A DNA stretch of 63,641 bases, the filler included, from Octopus bimaculoides (Eukaryota): assembly GCF_001194135.2 (NCBI RefSeq). It is 8 parts of 8 records of this genome, joined end to end, with 100 filler letters (N's around TTAATTAATTAA, not from the genome) between each part and the next. Parts side by side here need not be neighbours in the genome. Positions count along the whole stretch, not along the records: positions 1 to 18,784 come from NC_068985.1; positions 18,885 to 40,719 come from NC_068988.1; 6 more parts are not named here. The stretch is one strand, 5' to 3'. Within the stretch, counting starts at the first letter, position 1; the number at the start of each line of letters is the position of its first letter. Of the stretch, positions 11,340 to 23,879 are shown piece by piece. The notes below the pieces were generated by a model. That model made no database searches, was not told the DNA's origin, and worked only from the letters and a program-made list of their open reading frames with translations. The position numbers were made by a program, and so were the translations under genes.

Positions 11340-12420
11340 AAAAGAAAAGAAAAATTGTAGTTGTGACTGATGCCAATGTCATGTAACTGGCACCCATACC
11401 GGTGGCACGTAAAAAGCACCCTTTGAAATTTGGGCCTCACAGAGGCAGTAACAAGTGACCAAGACCTTTGGCAATCTAACATGCTTGGATTTAAGAAGCA
11501 TCAGATGTAGTGTGCAAGAGAGACGACTGCGCTGGTATGGTCACATGTTGCAAATGAATGAGGACAGCTGTGCCGAAAAGTGTCACACCCTAGCAGTTGA
11601 GGGAACCTGTGGAAGAAGTAGACTCAGGAAGACCTTGGATGAGGTGGTGAAGCATGACCTTTGAACATTGGGCCTTACGAGGCAATGACTAGTGACCGAG
11701 ACCTTTGGAGATATGCTGTGCTTGAGAAGACCTGACAAGCCAAGTGAGACCATAGCCCGTGGCCTATGCCAGTGGGTGTAACCAGCCCACTTATGAGTAC
11801 CCCTCATTCATTGGACACTAAACTTTGCTTGCGAAGACCTATTGAGGCAAGTAAAATCAAAATCGCTGACGACACCTGATTGGCACTCGTGCAAATGGAA
11901 CATTAAAAACACATCTGAGCATGGGGTGTAACCAGCCCACTTATGAGTACCCCTCATTCATTGGACAATAAACATTTTCTTGCAAGGAGCCATTGAGGCA
12001 AGTGAAATCAAATCAAAATCGCTGACGTGGCCAATGACAGTACCGCCTGATTGGCTCCTATGCCGATGGCATGTAAAAAGCACCATTCGAGTGTGATCGT
12101 TGCCAGCGTCACCTTACCAGCACATGGGCTGGTGGTACATGAAAAACAACATTTGAGTGTGGTCGCTGCCAGTGCTGCCGGACTGGCTCCTGTGTAGGCA
12201 GCACGTAAAAAACATCTTTTGAATGTGGTCATTGCTAGAACCGCCTGACTGGCCCTTGTGCCGGTGGTATGTAAAAGCACCCACTACACTCTCGGAGTGG
12301 TTGGCGTTAGGAAGGGCATCCAGCTGTAGAAACTTTGCCAGACCAGATTGAGCATGGTGCATCACCCATGCCAGCATGGAAAGCGGACGTTTAACGACGA
12401 CGATGATGATGATGATGATG
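11340..12420 (+). mobile_element. 5'-truncated RTE LINE with repetitive 3' UTR and (GAT)n tail, in the last POLE intron
   Basis: ORF 11455-11664 RRLRWYGHMLQMNEDSC..KC..L.VEGTCGR.R.RKT; ~100-bp direct repeats; ~60-bp units; ends with the (gat)n tail. Confidence 0.85.
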
Positions 12421-12657
12421 TCAAGAAAAGGAGACACAAATGCACACACACATATATGAATGACGGCCTTCTTTCAGCTGTTGGGTAGTCATTGACTCTA
12501 CTGAATTCATCTGCCCTTTGATAGATTTTGATTCCCATCCCCTAGGATGTCTAATGAAAACTACCCTAGTTAGCACACAAGCTTAGTCACTGATGGCCCA
12601 CCATGTGACAGGTTGTACTGGATTACATGTTACCAGTAGCACTAAGTTGTTGTTGTT

Positions 12658-13021
12658 GGCACTCCGTCGCTTACGACGTCGAGGGTTCCAGTTGATCCGA
12701 TCAACGGAACAGCCTGCTCGTGAAATTAACATGCAAGTGGCTGAGCACTCCACGGGCACGTGTACCCTTAACGTAGTTCTCGGGGATATTCAGCGTGACA
12801 CAGTGTGACAAGGCTGACTCTTTGAATTACAGGCACAACAGAAACAGGAAGTAAGAGTGAGAGAAAGTTGTGGTGAAAGAGTGCAGCAGGGTTCGCCACC
12901 ATCCCCTGCCGGAGCCTCGAAGGGCTTTAGGTGTTTTTGCTCAATAAACACTCACAACGCCCGGTCTGGGAATCAAAACCGCGAGTCTGCTGCCCTAACC
13001 ACTGGGCCATTGCACCTCCAC
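12658..13021 (-). mobile_element. tRNA-derived SINE family A
   Basis: Same family as 4372-4697 and 49846-50178. Confidence 0.9.
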
Positions 13022-13251
13022 TAAGTATGACCTGACATATATACACACTCATCTATATATGTATATATACAGACATATTTATAATAGGCTTCTTTCAGTT
13101 TCCATCTACCAAATTTACCCTCAAGCCTTTGGTTAACTCTGGGCTATAGCAGAAGACACTTAGCTGAAGTGCCATACAGTAGGACTGAGCTCAAGATCAC
13201 ATGGTTGGAAAGCAAGCTTCTCAGCCACACAGCTACACCTGGGTCTATCTA

Positions 13252-13477
13252 TAGGGTTGGTGCATAATTATTGCGGCTTTTTTTCAACAAATTTTATTCA
13301 ACAAAAACAATAACAACATGTAACAAAAACATGTCTAAATGATTATTCCGGAGTATATTCACCATCTACTTCAATTACTGCTTCCCATTTGCTTGGCAGA
13401 TAGTCAGACCATCATTTAAAAATGGTTTTGTTGAATAAAATGTGAAAAAAAGCCGCAATAATTATGCACCAACTCAA
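13252..13477 (-). mobile_element. Mariner-derived mini element (internal deletion derivative)
   Basis: TIRs gttggtgcataattattgcggctttttt / aaaaaagccgcaataattatgcaccaac flanked by TA; minus strand retains transposase end LPSKWEAVIEVDGEY. Confidence 0.88.
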
Positions 13478-13539
13478 TATATCTATATACACATACACAC
13501 GCACCTAAAATTAAAAGGTTAATTGAAACGTGTACTCAC

Positions 13540-13649
13540 TGAGCAATTCCATAGAAGGTCTTCATGGTAGATAGAAATGCATCTCGGGAAATGACATTTT
13601 CAAAACTAGATGCACACGAGCAGTAATTCTGCATGTTGTTATTTTTGAT
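13540..13649 (-). CDS. POLE: POLE exon, CysB end: IKNNNMQNYCSCASSFENVISRDAFLSTMKTFYGIAQ
   Basis: Acceptor ttctacag|ATC, donor CA|gtgagt; 110 nt. The YCSC motif completes CysB. Confidence 0.95.
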
Positions 13650-13914
13650 CTGTAGAAATAAATAATATTTAGAAACTGTTAGACATGGAAGACAGACAGA
13701 CAGATAAAATGTGTGACATTATTTGTCATATTGGATAGCTATGAATAGTTGTCACTTACATCTTCCCCTTGCAGCATTTACTCCTAATAGCAACAGGAAG
13801 AACTACTCTCAGTCACATTTAAAACTTCAGATACTTAGGTTTAAGGGTTAACTAGCCAGAGCAAGATTTTAATCCTTTTGTTACGATATTTCTGTTGAAA
13901 TACACTGCCTTTCA

Positions 13915-14150
13915 TCATCTCATCTTTTAACGTCTGTTTTCCAAACTGGCATGGGTTGGACAGTTTGACTGGAGCTGGTAAGCTGGAAGGCTGCACCAGG
14001 TTCTTGTCTGATTTGACTTGGTTTCTACAGCTGAATGCCCTTCCTACTACCAACCACTTTACAGCATGTGCTGGGTGCTTTTAACACGGCGCCACACAAG
14101 TACTTTAACGTAACACTGACACAAGTGTTTTTTACATGGCATTGAACAAA
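13915..14150 (-). mobile_element. RTE 3' UTR/tail copy
   Basis: Reverse complement of the 12280-12420 tail. Confidence 0.8.
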
Positions 14151-14169
14151 GGTTTCTCTGTCCAAGTAA

Positions 14170-14420
14170 GGGGTAGATTGTACGAGGCCTGTGTTCAAAG
14201 TAAAAAGTTACATGGCAAGAAAATTTGGGCACTGAATGTAGATGATGTATGAAGGCAGAGTATAAGCATAATCAGCAATTATGTGCATGAGAGAAAACTG
14301 GTATGAATATGTGATGCCTACAGAGGGTGACAGTTGAGCAAAGAAGTGCCAAATGATCCTACAGGTAAGGAAACTGAAGACATGGAAAGGCATGGTGCAG
14401 GTTGATCATAAGATCTGAAT
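14170..14420 (+). mobile_element. RTE RT C-terminal remnant
   Basis: GRLYEACVQSKKLHGKKIWALNVDD resembles the RTE motif RLY.ACV.S..LHGSETW. Confidence 0.6.
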
Positions 14421-14653
14421 CTTATGAAGGAGATGACAATGTCATGTTTAAAACTATTTTCTGGTGAGATATGTGAAGTTTACTGAGGTAACATGACTTG
14501 CAGAAAATACCAGATCTTTTTTTTTGGGGGGGGGGGGTTAGATATTTAATATCATTACTGGAATAACCAAGAAATTTAATTTGGCAGTTAAAAGGCTGAG
14601 TTTTGAAGACAGATGTTTCAATTAATTTTGAAAATAATGAATTTATTAAGGTA

Positions 14654-14922
14654 ACCCTTTTGTGTTCAGATTACTCTGTCAAATGTAATACTTACTTATT
14701 TGCATAGTTCTGAACTGATCATGCATTATTTCATAGCTTTGAGATTTCACTGATGTGATTGTTTATATTTCACAATGACACTGTAGGGTGAGTGGGAGAG
14801 GCCAGATCTGGTCTGTTTGAACATAAAACAGGTATTTGGGATGGATACCCATGTCAGCATGGAAGGCAGACATTAAACGATGATGATGATAATGATGGCT
14901 GGTTTAAATACTAAAGGCTTAA
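14654..14922. mobile_element. Non-autonomous DNA element (piggyBac-like ends); second copy ~15313-15570
   Basis: taaccctt... / ...taaaggcttaa ends; internal sequence duplicated at 15320-15510. Confidence 0.5.
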
Positions 14923-15100
14923 GTTAGTGTTTGGAACAAAAATTAACATCAAATCTTGATAGGTCTGCCCCATCTGGATAGATCTGGGTCGAGGAAGCAT
15001 ACCAAACAACAACAGTAGTAGTAGTAGTTGTTGTTGTCACTGTCCTTGTCACAAGAAAGACTAGAAATGTAGTTTTGAGAAAACTGAAAGGCTTCCTTAC

Positions 15101-15233
15101 CAATTTACACTTCACACATCTGGTATCCTGCAGGGTATAGGCAAGAGACTTGCGGTTAATAACCTCAACTAGACTGTGTTCTATCTCAGCTGTGTCGTAA
15201 TCAGTGTGACATTGGATACATGACCATGTAGCA
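15101..15233 (-). CDS. POLE: POLE exon, CysA second half and CysB start: ATWSCIQCHTDYDTAEIEHSLVEVINRKSLAYTLQDTRCVKCKL
   Basis: Acceptor ttccacag|T completes GGT from the previous exon; donor TTG|gtaagg; 133 nt. W.C..C and YTLQD..C.KC motifs. Confidence 0.97.
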
Positions 15234-15653
15234 CTGTGGAACAACAAATGGGAAAGACAGAAAAAAAAAATATTACAAGATACAGTTAATGAACAAAACA
15301 GAGTATGAATCATTAATCTTTTAGCATTCAGATTACTCTATCAAATATAATGCTTATTTATTCACTTTGTTTTGAATTAATCAAGCATTATATCATAGTT
15401 TCAAGATTTCAACAATGTGATTGTTTACTTTTGGAATGACATAACAGGGAAGGTATGAGAAGCCAGCTCTGTATTGTTTGAAGATAAAACAATTTGAATA
15501 TTTGGGCTGGATATGGCCGATTTAATCTCTTAGCGTTGTCAAATGTACTGCTTATTTATTCACATTGTTTTGGATTAATCCCTGTCCTACCCAACAACAA
15601 CAACAACAAAAACTGAAATGTGACAAAGAAAGGAAACTACATCAGTGGCTTAC

Positions 15654-15730
15654 CCCAGAGTCTCTCGGTTCAAATAAGGATCTCGACAAAGATCTAAGTC
15701 TCGAATGTGATTACATGTCTTGCAGATAAC
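15654..15730 (-). CDS. POLE: POLE exon, first half of CysA: VICKTCNHIRDLDLCRDPYLNRETLG
   Basis: Acceptor ctgacag|GTT, donor GG|gtaagc; 77 nt. CxxC plus the RDLDLC signature. Not in the ORF track; read manually. Confidence 0.96.
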
Positions 15731-15845
15731 CTGTCAGGAAAGAATTGCAGGAATTAATTTGATATTTAACTACCATCCATGTGTTTATCAAAGAAATGTT
15801 ACAAGATGATAAGACAATAACTATACAAAACAACATGTATAGATA

Positions 15846-17091
15846 TATTGGGTTATCACATAAATAATGTGATTTTTTTTATACTTCTTTTATTTTTCAA
15901 AATTAAGATAAGGTTTTTTTAAAATCTAAAATAATCTCTCCTTCATTTTCTACAATGCCCTTCCATCTATCTGGTAGACTTGCAAGGTCCCTCTTACAAA
16001 ATTCACTTGTCTGTGATGAAAAATACTCTTCCAGTACTGTTCTGACCTCATCTACAGAATTCATATTTTTTCTGTCCAAATGATTTTGAAGACTGCAGAA
16101 TAAACAATAATCAGATGGGGCAATGTCCAGTGAATATGGTGGGTGGGGCATCATTTCCCATTCAAACTGCTCCAGCCTTTGGAATGTCATCCTTGCTGTA
16201 TGTGGCCGAGCATTATTCTTATGGAAAAACACCTTTCGTCTTGAAACCAAAGATGGTTGTTTTTCTTCTAGTGCTGACTTAAGCTGCTCTTAGTAGATCT
16301 CCTTTGTTATCGTTTGGTTTGGGTTCAAAAGTTCATAGTGGACTAAACCTTTCATGTCCCACCAAATAGATAACAACACCTTAGGTAGGTGAAGACTTTG
16401 AGCCTGGGGTAACAGTGTGTCCCCTTTCCCTACCCACTGTCTTTGGCACTTGACATTTTTATAGAGAACCCATTTCTTGTCACCAGTCACTATTTGGTCC
16501 AAAAAAGGTTCATTCGAGAGACATGATAGCAAAGAAGAGCACACATTCACTCTCTGCATGCGATTAGACTAAGAAAGTTTGTGAGGAACCCATTGACCCA
16601 ATTTGCTGACTTTTCTGATGGTGTCAATGAATGGTTGAATGATCAAATCCAAGCTTCTCTGCTAGTTCCCCAACAGTTATGATAGGATTTGCAGGACATC
16701 CTCATTGAACTCTACAGATCTTCCAGGATGAGGCTTGTCTTCTAGGCTGTGGTTTCTGGCTCAGAATTTCTGGAACCACTGATGACACTGGCTTACGCTT
16801 ATTGTTTGATCCCTATATACTGCATTAATATTCCTCACACTTTCCTTTTCGTTGCTGCCTTTATTGAACTCATAAAGCGAAACATGCCAAATATGCTACT
16901 TTGTCACTTCCATAATAGGTTGGAAAAAATAACTGTTAAAATCGAACTGCACTCTTCAAAACTTGCACTAAGAATAAGTTAAAATTAGTACCTGCTTTTA
17001 TAGCAAGTTGATGCAGGTAGTTTATCCTGTCCCCCTTTGACTTTTAGTTCATGCAATTGAAAAAACTGCATTATTTTGGGATGACCCAATA
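15846..17091 (-). mobile_element. Full-length decayed mariner in a POLE intron
   Basis: TIRs tattgggttatcacataaataatg / cattattttgggatgacccaata with TA TSDs (15844-45, 17092-93); IVTGDKKW, HKNNARPH and HPPYSLDIAPSDY motifs in broken frames. Confidence 0.92.
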
Positions 17092-17559
17092 TATGCACAT
17101 GTATGTATTACAATACTACACTACACACATTACAGTCACCTGTAAGATTCTAGAACTTGAGCAGTGGCCCAAACCATGCAAGCTTCTTAACCACACAGTC
17201 ACAATGTGTGTGTTGATGATGATTATCTGAAGACAGAGAGAAAAGTTTAGACCAGTTATCACGGCAACTCCTGCATGCTGAAGACTAAGTTCTCACAAGT
17301 GAGTCAGTCAAAGCAATCCAAATTCAAATATAGAAGTAAAGCTTAGAATAGAGAGATCATTAAGTAAATTAGAGTTTTAGTAAGAAAAAAGACAGAACTC
17401 TGCTGTCATCTGGGAAATGACCTGCTCAGTGTGAAAAAGGGAGTAGCTAGGAATGCCATAGAGTGATGCTCAATGTAAGCTATAAAGGAAAAAGAGGTAT
17501 AGTAGGATCATAAGAAAGCTGACTGGAAGATATCATATGCCAGATGTAATGAAGTAATT

Positions 17560-17760
17560 AGCAGTAAGAGTTCATCATCACCATTATCATGCAGAGAGCT
17601 GACTGGGTCCACCAGTGCTCTCTCACTGGCAATCCTATGCCAGCCCCTCTGCATCCTCCAAGGTAATGTCAAGCCTCTGGAGGTCTTCTCCAATCATCTG
17701 GAGTAGGGCCTGCTACAAGGCCTCATTCTAGCCCATAACTGCTGTGTCGAATGAGAGAAA
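17560..17760 (-). mobile_element. RTE 3' end remnant
   Basis: GWHRIASERAL followed by a (gat)n-like tail. Confidence 0.5.
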
Positions 17761-17836
17761 TATGATCATGCATGCATGTATGTATGTATGCAATGAATCT
17801 GCCACATAAGTTTAAACATTGTGAAAAAATATTTAC

Positions 17837-17971
17837 CTCTGGAAGAATAAAAGATAAACAAGGATCTTTAAAGACAGCATCGGGAGAGAATTCCCCATAT
17901 CCTATAAGTCGGAGAAGGTCCCTTTTTAATTTGGTGGCTTGAAGTGTTACATTAGTATCCAATGACAACAC
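17837..17971 (-). CDS. POLE: POLE exon: [45 protein letters not shown]
   Basis: Acceptor gttacag|GTG, donor GAG|gtaaat; 135 nt, phase 0-0. Matches the POLE motif VLSLD...KL.RDLLRL...GEFS...F.DPC.S..LPE. Confidence 0.97.
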
Positions 17972-18367
17972 CTGTAACATAACANNNNNNNNNNNNNNNN
18001 NNNNNNNNNNNNNNNNNNNNNNNNNNNNNNNNNNNNNNNNNNNNNNNNNNNNNNNNNNNNNNNNNNNNNNTATATATATATATATATATTGCAGAAATAT
18101 GTAAGCAAACAATTAATTTAACTTAAGAAAGATGTCATCATTTGGTTTGAAAATTCAAATTAACAATACTATGATGTTTTTATTAATAAGTACTGAGAAT
18201 AGAATAGAGACACACATCTACCAAACTCTTCATTTATTTAAATTAAAACATTAATTTTTAGGGTTTGAATATTGTTAGTAACCAGTTTAAATTATACATT
18301 TGAAAAAGAGCACATTAAAAACAGCAGTAACAACATCTACAGCATATCTGTGTTATGTTAAACATAC

Positions 18368-18500
18368 CGTTAGAACACTTTTGACAAACTCCAAAGCAGG
18401 ACATGTTGGCTTCAAGTGGGAACCGGGAGGTTCTGGAAACTCACTGCCCTCATTCCCATAACGACTAGTAGATAGTTTCTTATGGATCTTCTGTGTTAGC
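18368..18500 (-). CDS. POLE: DNA polymerase epsilon catalytic subunit, internal exon (most upstream found): xLTQKIHKKLSTSRYGNEGSEFPEPPGSHLKPTCPALEFVKSVLT
   Basis: Acceptor ttttag|G, donor ACG|gtatgt; 133 nt. Resembles vertebrate POLE TQKIQKK...FPVLPGSHL...PALEFIK (from recall). Splices in phase 0 to the next exon. Confidence 0.93.
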
Positions 18501-18784
18501 CTAAAATGTAAAACGTTTTGACATTTCAAATATCAAAAATTTTCATGGATTCTTAACAAGGAATAACTGCCCCAAATTACCCAAACATCTGCTAAGACAA
18601 AAAATATAAAGAAAACACAGATGTGGCAATGTGGTTAAGAAATTTGCTTCCTAAGCACATGGTTTTGGGTTCAGTACCACTGCATAGCATCCAAGGCAAG
18701 TATCATCTACTATGGCTTGTAAATGGATTTAGTTGAAAATGAAAGAAACCCATCATATGTATGTATGTATATATATATATATAT

Positions 18785-18884
18785 NNNNNNNNNNNNNNNN
18801 NNNNNNNNNNNNNNNNNNNNNNNNNNNNTTAATTAATTAANNNNNNNNNNNNNNNNNNNNNNNNNNNNNNNNNNNNNNNNNNNN
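18785..18884. other. Assembly gap 44N + TTAATTAATTAA + 44N (100-bp placeholder)
   Basis: The same spacer occurs at ~40764, 45704, 50223, 55042, 58870 and 60961; the 12-mer gives stops in all six frames. Confidence 0.95.
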
Positions 18885-19744
18885 AAGTGCAAAAAGGAAA
18901 ATGTACAGTTTACATAGTTTTAATATATTTTAAAATATATTTTATATGTGAAAGAGTATTGTGTTTGTCGACCGCCTTTGCTTTCGATAATACTGTTCCG
19001 TTGATCGGATCAACTAGAACTCTTTTCGCCGTAAGCGACGGAGTGCCTGTGTATGTATTTATGCATATGTATAAATGATTTTCAAACTGATTTCTGTATA
19101 ATCAAGTGTGATAATTCACAAACCGTTTTTGTTCGCAGTTATAATGGTAGAGAGAGACTAAACCGACGAATGAAGACGTTTAATGTAGGTGGGACAAAAT
19201 TAAAGAATGATAATTACTGTGAAATATTTGGCAAATGGCAGAGTTGCAATTATTTAGATCAAAATTTAACTGCAATGATATCTCGTAAATTTTGCTCGAA
19301 ATCTATTTTCACTTATTTCATAATTTATTTTCACTCAAAAAACGAAAAAAAAAATAGAGAGAAAGCAATATGCAGCTGAAAACAAAACATCCTCATTTCA
19401 ATTTTTGGGATTTTGCACACATAAACACGGTTACAGACACGCTTACACACAAGCGATGCAATTTTTCCCCTTAAATGACATTGCTGGTAATTTTAAAGAA
19501 AAAAAACGTTTCAAAGAACAATAAAATAATGTAATACTGATTTCTTATAAACGTGTTCGTGCGTGCGTGTGCGCCTGTATGTGTATTTGTGTGCGTGTTT
19601 GTGTATGTGTGTGCATGTGCGTGCGTGCCTGTGTACGTACGTGTATGCCGATGCATGTATAGTATTCTGAACTTATATGTTGTGATTTGTGCTGAGCACG
19701 CTTTCCAATGTACAGCACAGCTTATAGTAACTGCTGTAGAATAC

Positions 19745-20340
19745 TTTTCCTCTTTCATACCCACAATATGGCCTGCTCAACACATCTGGGTAGATATGAT
19801 TATTGACTAGATGCTTGTGCTTCCTGTGTGAGGTGGTTTCCTTTGCCATTTGGTGTGAAGAATATGTCTGAAACATTTTTCATGAAAGTGCCAAGCAGTT
19901 TGAGATGCCCAATGTGTACCGCCCATGCTTTAGAAGAATACAATAGAGGCGTTTGTACGCAAGCCTTGTAAACATTTTGCTTGGTCTTGGTGATGAGGCA
20001 ATTTGCTCAATCTCTATTTTCAAACTCCCAAAATGGTACAGAATGATTTCTGCATGTGTAGATGTATTTCTGCATCTAAAGAGCTATCTCTTGACAACAT
20101 GCTACTGGGTGAATTAGAAGACGCGTATAAAAGAAAGTCACAAAACTCCCGAAGAGATGACGCCTTGTTCACCAATGCCTAAGGCGCTGGCTTTGGAGGG
20201 ATTGTCGTTAGGGCTTCAATGATAACATAACATGTTAAGAATGTGAAACGTGTGGCCGTGTACTCCTTTCCAAGGTTGCGTATATTAACTGTCTGAAGTC
20301 CTATGAAAGACCCACTCTATGCAACTTGTAACGAATAACT
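19745..20340 (+). mobile_element. Decayed RTE-like LINE 3' end with C2H2-like tail
   Basis: CETCGRVLLSKVAYINCLKS near 20245; multiple stops upstream. Confidence 0.5.
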
Positions 20341-23300
20341 TTTGACGCTGAGGAAAGCGTGAAGAGATCAAAATATTTCGAATATATTCAAACAGAAGTT
20401 TTGATTGAATTGATAATTGTATGCATATTTTTAAAAAGTAATAAACGTTAATATTCACAAGAAATTATTCAAAAATATATTACAATTTGCCGGATTTATT
20501 GTAATATAAGCTTGGTCATACTTTGCAATATATGACCCAGGTATATAAAGGCATCGAATCGTCAGATAACAGTTAGAGACGGGTGAAGTAATGTCTGTTG
20601 CTCGTTTCGTTTCTCTCTACACAAAATTCAAATTATCACCTCTTCATCTTTGTCATTCAGTCTTTTGAGATCGAAAAAATCAAGTAACGGTCCAGTGCTG
20701 GCAGCTATGATTTTGTAAAGATACACGTGTCAGGTGTTTGCACAATAAATTTACGAATGGCAATTCAATTGTTCAGCAGCTGAATGGTCATCGTCTACAC
20801 AGACGGAAGATCTTCGACAGGTATATAGTAACGTATATAGATTAATAATAATCTATTAATATTCATCCGTCAAATTGTTTGATGCTATTTCAACACTGAA
20901 ATTGAAACTCACAATCACTGAATATGTCTTTATATATAATGTGTGGTATCAAGGGAAATATTAGTGAAAATCTCTTTAATCTTTGGATGGCAATAATATA
21001 CTGTGTGTCTGTTACGATTTTCCCAGTTGTACTTTTAGAGGAATTCACTTTGACCCCTCTGTCAAATGTCGGTATTTGATAATTTCTACTTTATTGCTTT
21101 CGCTCTCTGCTTCAATCTTTATAATGACTACGAATGAAATTACTTTCTCTTTGCTATATAAACTGAATAGAGCATCGCAAAGCGAACATGATTAGATTGA
21201 ATTCAAAGTCAGCGAGTAGAATCACTTTTATTTTGACTTTTATCGTTTTGTCAGTATTTTCCATATGCTGAACTGTTGCATCAAAGTGATTTAGAGTAAG
21301 TTAATCACCTACACCAACAATCAAACATTTTAAATACTAAATGAATGGAGATTAAATCACTGTAAAATGTCCATATATATCAAAAGCCGATATCTCTGAA
21401 CATGTTACATACGTAACTAATATTTAATTTTGAAACAGTAACTAGATATCGTTCATTGGATGATAACCTTTCCCATTCATAAAATATAATTCGATATATA
21501 GCTATTTCCGGGATATGTACTAAAATATCTGTACTGGTTTTAATGTAGGTGAATTTATATTTTCTGCTCGTTAGTTCCTAATTAACTAACTCTGTTTTCA
21601 CTCATTTTATGGTCATTCTTCGATTTCTATCCCATTTTAACATTTGAATATTTTAAATCAGACTAAAATGAATTCGTGTCTCTGTAATTGAAAATGTTTG
21701 ATAACAGATTACTTTTGAAAGACAACAGATTTTGAAGCCATAAAAATTTAGATATAATAAATCTATAAATTCGTATTTAAACTGTTAGCTATTAATTCAC
21801 GGGGACTAAATTTTATTAACCTTCTTAGTCCAATAATACATTTTCCCTAATTCAACTGAAGCTCTGAAACAGGTAATTTTTATTCTATTAAATTTCAATA
21901 AGTCGCATCGATTCCTTTTACAAACAGCTACTTCAACGAGAGAATAATTTGATAAATACAATTCTAAATATTGCTTAAGCACTATATTATGTATTGAAAC
22001 ACTACACTGTGTATTTACCATGCAATAGGGATTTTTTAAATATTATTTCAGTCTGCTATATCCAAAAAATTAAATGGTTCTGAGTTACATTGGATTATTT
22101 TCAAAGCCTACCCGCTTTTTCATACACGAATCAAATTCACTAAAAGTTGGCATGCTGTCTTTCTGTCCCACCAAATACAATCAAAGTTACACCCAGATAC
22201 ACTTTCGAAAATAAATAACATCATATTTATAAATATATGCATCTTATCTTTCAATATTAAAGCGGAAAGTAAACAGCTGCCAGTCATGTTACTTAATCTA
22301 CGTCAGTCTGAACTGAAGCAAAGTTGCTAAAAGAACGCATGTAAAGTATAACAACGCTTTGAAGTAAGATATGGATATATCAATCACATTAGACGACGTT
22401 ACATCAAGAGGAAGGGTTATAAAATGGCATGCGCGATAGAAGGAATGTGTATTGCTACTACAAAAAATAAACGTAATTTTCCAACATATGTCACTTCAAA
22501 ATGAACTCTGCCACACTTCGAACTCTATAAGCTACATCAGAACCGTAGATATGCACATGTGTTATAATTCTGAAAGACTAATATAAACAATTATTATGCC
22601 AATATAAAGTCGAATTCTAGACAAAAAGCTAACTGATTGGATAATAATCTCCATTGGTCAGCTGTTATCTGAAGCTCATAACGATTTCTGCAACTTAAGT
22701 AACAGGGCAAATAGAACTTGATGAATAATATGAATCCTTAATTTTGTACAAATATAATCAATTTAAAGCAGATATTTCCAAACAAGTTTGAACAAAGCTC
22801 TACCCAACTAAAAAAAATCTCTCCCTTATTCTCCTTTTTTTAGGTATATTTTACTACACTCATATAAACAGTTGCCTTCTTCGTAATTTTCAAAATAGGG
22901 GACAAGATAGATTGCTCTGATTATAGAGAATCAATTTGTTAAACCTCCGCTGTAAAATCTACGCTGGACAAAGAGATGTAGGGATAGTGTCGTGCCCAAG
23001 CTAGCTGAGAAACAGACAAAAGCACAAAGATTTAAGTAAAATTAATTCAATTTATATGAAGTTGAATATAATTAGGGTTAATGTTTTTGATTCTTCATGA
23101 AGAAATACATCGAAACTTATGCACACGCTAAACAGATAGATAGATAGATAGATTGTACGTGCGCGCGCTTGTGTGTGTGCATGTGTGTGTGTGTGCGTGC
23201 GTGTGGGTGTGTGTGTGTAGGAGCATATATCTGCGTGTTTGTGTGTGTAGGAGTATACATCTGCGTGTTTCTGTGTTTCGGAATTTCCAACAGAATAACA

Positions 23301-23879
23301 TCAGAGAAAGCAAAGTAAAATAAGCTGCAATTATTTGCTTAACGCTTAATGAGGGATCAATGTGTTTGATGTTTCTTGTGTAGAAACTTAAACAGAATAG
23401 GGAAAGTCTCTTCTGAAAGCAAAGAAAACGTGATTAACCGAGAAATATATATCGTTCTGAGAAGTCAAGTTGAATATTTTAGTGGTGAGTTATGAGGGAA
23501 CGGACAGAATAACGTCTCATACGTATAATATCAACAGAGGATGTTACTCTATGTTAATTACACTGTATAACAATGATTTTACTACAGTGAAAAGAACATC
23601 ATCACTTTCTGGAATAGTTTTTACCATAGATAACGAAAATGAACTTCGTTTTTCATGAAATGACACCAGTGTTTCCTAAAATGGACCGTCACTAAACTGT
23701 ATGTTTTTTGCTAGATGTGGGTTTGTTTCTGTGAAAATAACATTTTTTTCCCTAGAATTAAAGCGGGTTTTCTGCAAAATAGGCTGTTATTAGTAGTAAA
23801 TACGTTATTTGAGTCTTTTATTAAAGGAAGAACATCTATTTCTTAGTACAATATTTAGGTTTTTTTCTATGTATAGCAT

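Noticed and set aside
18829-18840. Recurring palindrome TTAATTAATTAA (7 copies) as a biological motif
   Set aside because: It is always centred in N runs (44+12+44 where counted), so it is an assembly spacer.
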